From IMG/VR virus record IMGVR_UViG_3300028393_000063: DNA of 64,000 nt; one strand, written 5' to 3'. The notes below the pieces were generated by a model. That model did no database searches, had not been told where the DNA came from, and saw only the letters and a program-made list of their open reading frames with translations. Position 1 is the first letter of the stretch, and the number at the start of each line of letters is the position of its first letter. Of the stretch, positions 58,246-64,000 are shown in pieces. This stretch comes from an uncultured virus (IMG/VR IMGVR_UViG_3300028393_000063). Its lineage: Duplodnaviria > Heunggongvirae > Uroviricota > Caudoviricetes. A program made the position numbers and the translations under genes.

Positions 58246-58929
58246 TTAATCAAAGTTACCGTATGGGTAGGCTGTAGCTGTACCAATGTTTCCATCAGCT
58301 TGTGTATACTGAACTGTAAATATGTACTGACCCGCTGTAACTGCGGAAAGAGTAGTACCTACAATTGCAATAGTGAATACAACCTGAGAAATATTTGGTT
58401 GTCCGCTCTGAAGAATATCAGTAGACGTAGCTTGCATATTAGCTAGTTGAGTAGCTGTAAATGTAGCTAGTGCTTGGCGACCAACAGCGCTAATTGCACC
58501 TGTAGCAGCATAAGTAGGTGTACCAGCGGCAGCTGTATAGTTATTTGAAATGTAAACAGTTTGTGATGTTAGTGTACCTGTAACAGTAACTAAAGCTTGA
58601 ACATCAACAAGCATATTAATAATGCGGCTATTTGTTGGTAGATATGCAACAAACCCACGATATATGTTAGTGGCTGTATCAGCTGGAATAGTTTGTACAA
58701 CTGATGGGAATGTAGAAGAAGACGGTACATAAACAACGCCAGAGGTATTTGGAATAGCGTTTGAATCAACAAATTGACCAGAAATTCCGCCGTAGTTAGC
58801 AGTATTTGCCGTTACGTTTGTCAATAATAAATTACCTGATTGGTTTAACCCAGCGTATCCTACGTTACGTAGGGCGCCAAATCTAGTATCACCTGATAGA
58901 ATTGGACCTTCAAAAGTTGCTCGTGCCAT
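58246..58929 (-). CDS. Virion structural protein (possible head decoration)
   Basis: 227 aa, beta-rich, starts MARATFEGP; first late gene after the capsid locus. Confidence 0.6.
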   Translation of the reverse strand: MARATFEGPILSGDTRFGALRNVGYAGLNQSGNLLLTNVTANTANYGGISGQFVDSNAIPNTSGVVYVPSSSTFPSVVQTIPADTATNIYRGFVAYLPTNSRIINMLVDVQALVTVTGTLTSQTVYISNNYTAAAGTPTYAATGAISAVGRQALATFTATQLANMQATSTDILQSGQPNISQVVFTIAIVGTTLSAVTAGQYIFTVQYTQADGNIGTATAYPYGNFD

Positions 58930-59015
58930 TATAAAACCCCTTATGCAAAAGTTTGCTTATACCAATCGTTGCATCGTCTGCTGGGGCAGTCCGGTATAAG
59001 AAATCACCCAGTTAC
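58930..59015 (-). ncRNA. Candidate pseudoknotted 5' leader RNA
   Basis: Four complementary pairings (see findings); upstream TTACAC-N17-TAAACT promoter at 59048-59020. Confidence 0.45.
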
Positions 59016-59094
59016 CAGTAGTTTATACTATTTTTTATTTTTGTGTAATGTTTTTTAATGTTTTTTAGCTAAAATGTATAAAAAGGAGATTTTT

Positions 59095-59241
59095 ATGAGT
59101 TCTTGGCTTATTATTGTGACTGGATTAATCTACGCTTATATTGCACTAGAGCAAGGAATAAAAGGAAACATGTCTATGGCAGTCGTATATAGCGGGTATT
59201 CTTTTTCGAATTTAGGGCTTTACTTACTGGCAACTAAATAA
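59095..59241 (+). CDS. Small two-TM membrane protein (48 aa)
   Basis: Manual translation MSSWLIIVTGLIYAYIALEQGIKGNMSMAVVYSGYSFSNLGLYLLATK; SD AAGGAG. Confidence 0.7.
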   Translation: MSSWLIIVTGLIYAYIALEQGIKGNMSMAVVYSGYSFSNLGLYLLATK

Positions 59242-59242
59242 C

Positions 59243-59662
59243 ATGACTACTATTCTTGGTGATTGGAAACAAAAAGTTTTAGTGGCAGATAGTCAATTTT
59301 CAGATACCGACACTGGCATTAAATACTTTGAAGATAAGGTCTTTGCAATAGATGGTGGGTGGGTTGGCGTTGCGGGTAATTACGTAGACGCAGAAAAAGT
59401 TATAGAGTTTTTAAATAAAAAAAGTAAAGTAAAACCAAAATTAAAATCAGATAGCTCTTTCTTAAAACTTACAAACGAAGGTTTATTTGCTTGTGGGGAT
59501 GACCTTGAGTGGGAAAGAGTTAGAACTTTTATGGCTATTGGCAGTGGGGCAATGGCGGCAGAGGTATGTATGCGCATGGGTCTAACACCTGAAGACTCTG
59601 TAAAGTGGGCTTGTAATGTGGATTTAATGAGCCACGAGCCTGTTAAAACTTACCCCCTGTAA
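59243..59662 (+). CDS. Ntn-hydrolase, HslV/proteasome beta-subunit-like protease
   Basis: N-terminal M-TTI, ADSQ, conserved K (EDKV), GVAGN, AIGSG. Confidence 0.75.
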   Translation: MTTILGDWKQKVLVADSQFSDTDTGIKYFEDKVFAIDGGWVGVAGNYVDAEKVIEFLNKKSKVKPKLKSDSSFLKLTNEGLFACGDDLEWERVRTFMAIGSGAMAAEVCMRMGLTPEDSVKWACNVDLMSHEPVKTYPL

Positions 59663-59664
59663 AA

Positions 59665-60027
59665 ATGCCATATAAAGACCCTGCAGTTAGAAAGTTAAAA
59701 CATGCGGAGTATTCAAAAAAACATTACGAAGAAAATAAAGTATCAGAAAAAATAAGATTAGCCAAAACAAAAAAAGAAAAAAGAGCCGAATGGGCTGCTT
59801 TTAAAGCCACTCTTAGGTGTGAAAGATGTGGAGAAGACCACCCAGCAACTTTTGACTTTCACCATGTAAATCCCAAAGAAAAAGAAGGTGACCTTAGTTC
59901 ATTAATAACCGGCGGTCAATTTTCTAAAGCGTACAAAGAATTAAAAAAATGTATTGTGCTGTGCTCAAACTGCCATCGTATACATCACTACGAAGAAAAT
60001 TTAAAATTAAAAAACCCCGCCTTGTGA
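59665..60027 (+). CDS. HNH endonuclease
   Basis: CERC...DFHH...CIVLCSNCHRIHH. Confidence 0.85.
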   Translation: MPYKDPAVRKLKHAEYSKKHYEENKVSEKIRLAKTKKEKRAEWAAFKATLRCERCGEDHPATFDFHHVNPKEKEGDLSSLITGGQFSKAYKELKKCIVLCSNCHRIHHYEENLKLKNPAL

Positions 60028-60035
60028 GCGGGGTT
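60009..60035 (-). terminator. Terminator after major capsid gene
   Basis: Minus strand AACCCCGC-TCACAAG-GCGGGGTTTTTT. Confidence 0.8.
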
Positions 60036-60056
60036 CTATTGGGTAGGAGCATTCGA

Positions 60057-60974
60057 TTAGAATGAACCAGAACTTCCCCAGACACCTAGTGGGTCCGACC
60101 AGCCAAATGAATAACGCTCACGAGACTTGTAACGTACGTTACCAGTGTCAAAGTCGCCGTCCATAGAATTCTGGAGAGGAGTACGGATAAAGTGCTTCAA
60201 TCCGTTAGGAACGTCAGTCAACATAAACCAAGCATTAGTATCGGTCAAGAAGTGGTTAACTGTGTAACCTTCAGGAACAGTACCGTTGTTGTTAATTGCA
60301 CTGATGTCATTGTTGTTTGTACCAACACGTAACTTAGTTTCAAGTAGGCGAGTAGCTACGAACTGCAATGCAGGAGGAACAACTAACTTCTTAGGTTTAG
60401 CAGCAATTAAGAGGCTACGCTCATCAGTCCAAGCAGCGATTTGAATAACAGCAGCTTCTAAAGAAGTTTCATTCAAGTCAACTTGGGTTGAAGGAGTATT
60501 AGCATTAGTGCCACCAGATACTAGTGGATGCACTGTAGAGAACAGAGGAACGCCATCTCCGCCGTAATACTGGCTTGAGTTAGTGAAACCATTGTTTAAT
60601 ACAGAAGCAGCTTTTACTTGCTTAGTGTAAGACATACCACGAGCTAGAGCCTTAGTATAACGAGCAGACAATGAGTCATACAAGTTATCTTCAATCGCTT
60701 CTTCAGTGATTGAGAAACCTAAAGCAATGGTTTCGTGTGAGTAACGAGTTGTCCATGCCTCTTGCGCATTGTCATAAGCAATGGCAGCGCCTTCAGATTT
60801 AACTGGGGCAGCAGAGAATCCAGACAATTTTGTCTCTTCTTCAAACGAACGCTCAGAAGATTCAGTCTCATATAACTCTTTGTGCTCTTCGCCGTAGCGA
60901 GCATACTCAAGACCAAACAGGGCATTGAGGCCGGGTAATAGCTCTTTAAGGAGCTGTGAACGTGAAATAGCCAT
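60057..60974 (-). CDS. Major capsid protein (Mu gpT-like)
   Basis: MAISRSQLLKELLPGLNALFG...DGVPLFS..HP...LVVPPAL...RERYSFGWSD; strong codon bias; followed by terminator. Confidence 0.85.
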   Translation of the reverse strand: MAISRSQLLKELLPGLNALFGLEYARYGEEHKELYETESSERSFEEETKLSGFSAAPVKSEGAAIAYDNAQEAWTTRYSHETIALGFSITEEAIEDNLYDSLSARYTKALARGMSYTKQVKAASVLNNGFTNSSQYYGGDGVPLFSTVHPLVSGGTNANTPSTQVDLNETSLEAAVIQIAAWTDERSLLIAAKPKKLVVPPALQFVATRLLETKLRVGTNNNDISAINNNGTVPEGYTVNHFLTDTNAWFMLTDVPNGLKHFIRTPLQNSMDGDFDTGNVRYKSRERYSFGWSDPLGVWGSSGSF

Positions 60975-60985
60975 TTTTTAGCTCC

Positions 60986-61642
60986 TTAGTTAGATGTACC
61001 GGCGGATTGATAATATGAATGCACGCCAAAGTTTATTTTGACAATACAATCCGTATAAGCATCACCGGGGTTAGATGGGAAATTGCCGCCAAATGAAGAG
61101 TTAGCGTTAACTAAATCAACAATTTTGCAAGCAAGAGCGCTTGTGTTAGCTACAGTAGCCGATAAAGCAATAACTGAGTTACCAGTAGTTGTATTAACGG
61201 TTGTGCTTCCAGTACCGCCTGTAAAGTTAGCCAATGCGATTGTCTTACCGATAGAAGCAACGGTAATTGAACCTAAAGACTGAGCTTGGAATAAACAATC
61301 TGGGTCATCCATTACACGAATATAAATATTTGTGTAGCCAGCAGTCACAGCGTTAGCTGGTAAATACTGAGCATATAAAGGATAGCCTAATTGTTGTCCA
61401 GCCAATTGATAACGTACGCCTACGCAAACACCAACTAGACCAACTGAAGATGTTGTAGGTGTAGCAGTTACAACTGTTGGTTGTCCAGCTGTTGATGCTC
61501 CAATTTGAACCAAATCTCCATTACCAATAGGGGCACTATTATTGCTGGTAAGTAGAATCTCACGAATCACCCCACCATTAAATGCCTGACCACCGATAAG
61601 GTTAAGTGGCTTTAGTCCATAAGGACCTGAGAATGTCGCCAT
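60986..61642 (-). CDS. Capsid decoration/cement-like protein
   Basis: YGLKP...GDLV...GVCVG...DDP; directly upstream of MCP. Confidence 0.6.
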   Translation of the reverse strand: MATFSGPYGLKPLNLIGGQAFNGGVIREILLTSNNSAPIGNGDLVQIGASTAGQPTVVTATPTTSSVGLVGVCVGVRYQLAGQQLGYPLYAQYLPANAVTAGYTNIYIRVMDDPDCLFQAQSLGSITVASIGKTIALANFTGGTGSTTVNTTTGNSVIALSATVANTSALACKIVDLVNANSSFGGNFPSNPGDAYTDCIVKINFGVHSYYQSAGTSN

Positions 61643-61672
61643 TTTAAACCTCCAAAATTAAATTAATTAAAA

Positions 61673-62140
61673 TCACTTACCACCAAAAGTAACCTTTGTA
61701 GACCTATCTTTAAACATAGGCATACGGGGGTCGTTTTCACGCATGTAAGTATTATCTACCGATTCCATCTGAGAATTAGCTAAACGCTCATAATGTTTAG
61801 CACGCTGCTCCATCATCTCTTTTGGGGCACGGCATAAAACTAAACCACCAATCTCAATTGAGCCTTTATATTGTCCATCAATGGACGCATGGCTCATAGC
61901 TTCAGGATAATCCTCTGCCTTCACAGGTTCGAATCCTTCCCTACGGCTTTTGGAGATATTCATTGGGTCAGAGGCTCCCATTAAGGAAGTTCTGCACCAT
62001 CTATGAGTCCAACCTTCTCGTGGGTCAATTTTTGGCAGTGTTTCAGGCGGTGTCCATACGTTAATAGGGCGCACCTCATTATCACGGGATTCTTGCTCAC
62101 GACTAGTTTTGTTTGCAACAGTTATTGTTCCTGTACTCAT
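61673..62140 (-). CDS. Head-module protein
   Basis: W.PP..LP...GWTHRW.R...EG.EPV...GGLVLC. Confidence 0.65.
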   Translation of the reverse strand: MSTGTITVANKTSREQESRDNEVRPINVWTPPETLPKIDPREGWTHRWCRTSLMGASDPMNISKSRREGFEPVKAEDYPEAMSHASIDGQYKGSIEIGGLVLCRAPKEMMEQRAKHYERLANSQMESVDNTYMRENDPRMPMFKDRSTKVTFGGK

Positions 62141-63168
62141 TATCTATCTCCATTCATTTGTTCGGCAACCTTCTTGGCGTATAACTCTAAGGGTACTCCT
62201 AAGCGTTTCGCAATTGAAATTTGCGTTGGCGTTAGTTGTATCTTTTTTGGTGCGGCAGAACGAGTAGCCGGAGCCACTACATTTGCTGCTGGTTTGGCAC
62301 GGCGTGGACTATCTGTCTTTGCCGGTTCTACTTCAGTTTTTTCTTCGCTCCCGAAATAATCGGGGAATCTTTTACGGATTGTATCACTAATCTTAGCATA
62401 ATAGTCGTCCGTTCCAACATATTTTTCACCAAACTCACGAGCAAGCTGGTTATGTTTAGTTAAAGCGAGACCAGTCATCTCATCTTCTTCTGAACTTTCA
62501 CCACCGTACCAAGGGTTATTTTCTAGCCAATTGTCTAGTTTTGAGTCTTGAGGCTGCTGCTGTTGTTGTTGAGGAATATTATATTGCTGCTCTTGTATTG
62601 CAATAGGGCGCAAGTTCTGAGCCTTATCCATTTTAAGAGTAGCTTCTGCCATTCTCTGCTGTGCTTCTGCTAGTGCGTCACCATCCCCGGCTTCATAAGC
62701 TTCTTTAAAAGCCTTTTTAGCCATACCAAGTTCGGTTTCAGCGCTATTTTTGCCTTGCTCAATATAAACTTTGCTACCTTCATGTAAAGATGCTTGCAAT
62801 CTCCTGTTTTCATCTACAAGAACTTGGGCAACTCGAAGGGCTTCTTCCCGCATACGAAAAGCTTCTTCTTTAGCACGGCGTTCATCGTGGTATCCACGAC
62901 CTAGCTTTTTAATACGCTTTTGAACTTTTTCATCATAAGAGGCCAGTTCATCCTCCGTTATATCTTCCGGAGGTTGTTCCATTGGCTTACGATTACGGTC
63001 TTCTGGGGGCGTATCTTCTACAATTTCAATATCCAGTTCGGGCTCTTCTTTAGCCTTTTTAGTGACTTTAGTTTCTGCTTCATCTGGGAATACAAACTCT
63101 GTATCCTCATTAACTGGGACCATTTTTCCGTCTTTAAAGACGGATGTTCCAAATTCTTCCATTGCCAT
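62140..63168 (-). CDS. Putative scaffolding protein
   Basis: Acidic coiled coil; C-terminal LTPTQISIAKRLGVPLELYAK; between portal and MCP. Confidence 0.7.
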   Translation of the reverse strand: MAMEEFGTSVFKDGKMVPVNEDTEFVFPDEAETKVTKKAKEEPELDIEIVEDTPPEDRNRKPMEQPPEDITEDELASYDEKVQKRIKKLGRGYHDERRAKEEAFRMREEALRVAQVLVDENRRLQASLHEGSKVYIEQGKNSAETELGMAKKAFKEAYEAGDGDALAEAQQRMAEATLKMDKAQNLRPIAIQEQQYNIPQQQQQQPQDSKLDNWLENNPWYGGESSEEDEMTGLALTKHNQLAREFGEKYVGTDDYYAKISDTIRKRFPDYFGSEEKTEVEPAKTDSPRRAKPAANVVAPATRSAAPKKIQLTPTQISIAKRLGVPLELYAKKVAEQMNGDR

Positions 63169-63178
63169 TTATATCTCC

Positions 63179-63586
63179 TTATGCTCGTGTAATCCCACGG
63201 GGGTCTTGAACAACAGCTTCTACGCTATCGTCATTTATGATTCTGAACTCTTGACCATGAATCTTTACTCGTGAACCTGAGTTTGGTCTAATAAGAACAA
63301 AATCTCCTACTTTACACAGTGGTCCGCTTGGAAAACGCTCTTTATCTGCATAAGCGTCAGGTCCTAAATCCATCACAAACAACACCGGAGTTAATACTTC
63401 CTCGTAGTGCATAGTCTGGTCTGACTTTAAAATACCCCCTTCAAACTCTTCGTCAGCTGCTGGAACCATACATAAAATATGGTAGCCTGCTGGCTTTGGA
63501 AGCTGTGTTGCCTTTTGCTCTGCTTTCGCAGGGATTTGTGATATGTTACCTACTGCATCACTTATTAATAAATCACTCATCATCAT
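63179..63586 (-). CDS. groES: GroES-like co-chaperonin
   Basis: P.GYHIL...GGIL...LGP...KVGDFVL...G.EFRIINDDSVEAVV. Confidence 0.8.
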   Translation of the reverse strand: MMMSDLLISDAVGNISQIPAKAEQKATQLPKPAGYHILCMVPAADEEFEGGILKSDQTMHYEEVLTPVLFVMDLGPDAYADKERFPSGPLCKVGDFVLIRPNSGSRVKIHGQEFRIINDDSVEAVVQDPRGITRA

Positions 63587-63764
63587 CCTTATTTAGTTTC
63601 TGCTCACGGTCTTTGATTAACTCAATAGCAAGGGCAAGACCACGGATAACCCCAACTACATGCTTATACTCTTCAAAATCTTTGCAATTGCCTGCGGCAA
63701 TAAATTCTGATTTTCCATCAATCTGCTTCTGTAATTCCTTACAGAGATAGTCATACTCGTTCAT
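63573..63764 (-). CDS. Small head-module protein
   Basis: DFEEYKHVVGVIRGL; coupled to the upstream stop. Confidence 0.7.
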   Translation of the reverse strand: MNEYDYLCKELQKQIDGKSEFIAAGNCKDFEEYKHVVGVIRGLALAIELIKDREQKLNKDDDE

Positions 63765-64000
63765 TACTTAGTTTCCTTTTTAAAGGATTGCTGCGCTGGA
63801 GTTAATTCTCTTTTAGATGCGTGGTCATAGGATTTAGCGGTCATAGCATGGTTATGCTGACGTTCCCGATTTATTGCATCTATTGCTAACTTTGCTCCGG
63901 ATTCTAGTTGCTGAGCTTTTATTTTCTGTGCATTACTTGCTGTTGTTGCAGAAAGTTGAGCCTGTGCGGTAGCTGCTTGGCTCTGAATACGCTGAGCCTC
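63764..64000 (-). CDS. C-terminus of a gene entering from beyond the window, probably the portal
   Basis: Open frame EAQRIQSQAATAQAQ...KKETK* ending at 63764; Gln/Ala-rich coiled coil. Confidence 0.6.
   Translation of the reverse strand, partial: EAQRIQSQAATAQAQLSATTASNAQKIKAQQLESGAKLAIDAINRERQHNHAMTAKSYDHASKRELTPAQQSFKKETK

Noticed and set aside
1..64000. tRNA or rRNA genes
   Set aside because: No cloverleaf or T-loop signature noticed in intergenic regions; tRNAscan-SE would be needed to be certain

Overview
Near-complete (~64 kb) genome of a tailed dsDNA phage (Caudoviricetes). It is probably podovirus-like, since there is no tape measure or sheath but there are tubular/nozzle and giant ejection proteins. 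The Fur-like boxes, sigma70 promoters and GH108 lysin are compatible with a proteobacterial host (inference). The window opens inside the portal gene, whose N-terminal part is at 1-862 and probable C-terminus at 63764-64000. The + arm (3.9-27.8 kb) carries early genes (DUF3150-like, MoxR-type AAA+, HExxH-vWA) and replication genes (PolA, Cas4-like nuclease, SNF2 helicase, SSB-like protein, primase-helicase). The - arm carries packaging, head, tail, lysis and ejection genes. No integrase, tRNA, rRNA or CRISPR array was seen. Highlights: (1) a ~9 kb early segment with ten copies of a GTAACA-N4-TGTTAC palindrome and no AGCT site; (2) three tandem Fur-box-like repeats and an inverted-iteron origin candidate; (3) a [MFYL]xxGG peptide motif recurring about 20 times across six late proteins; (4) an L,D-transpeptidase-like domain and an overprinted gene inside a 2170-aa ejection protein; (5) three candidate structured RNAs; (6) an antisense cassette encoding an HslV/proteasome-beta-like protease. 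All calls were made by eye, without database searches.
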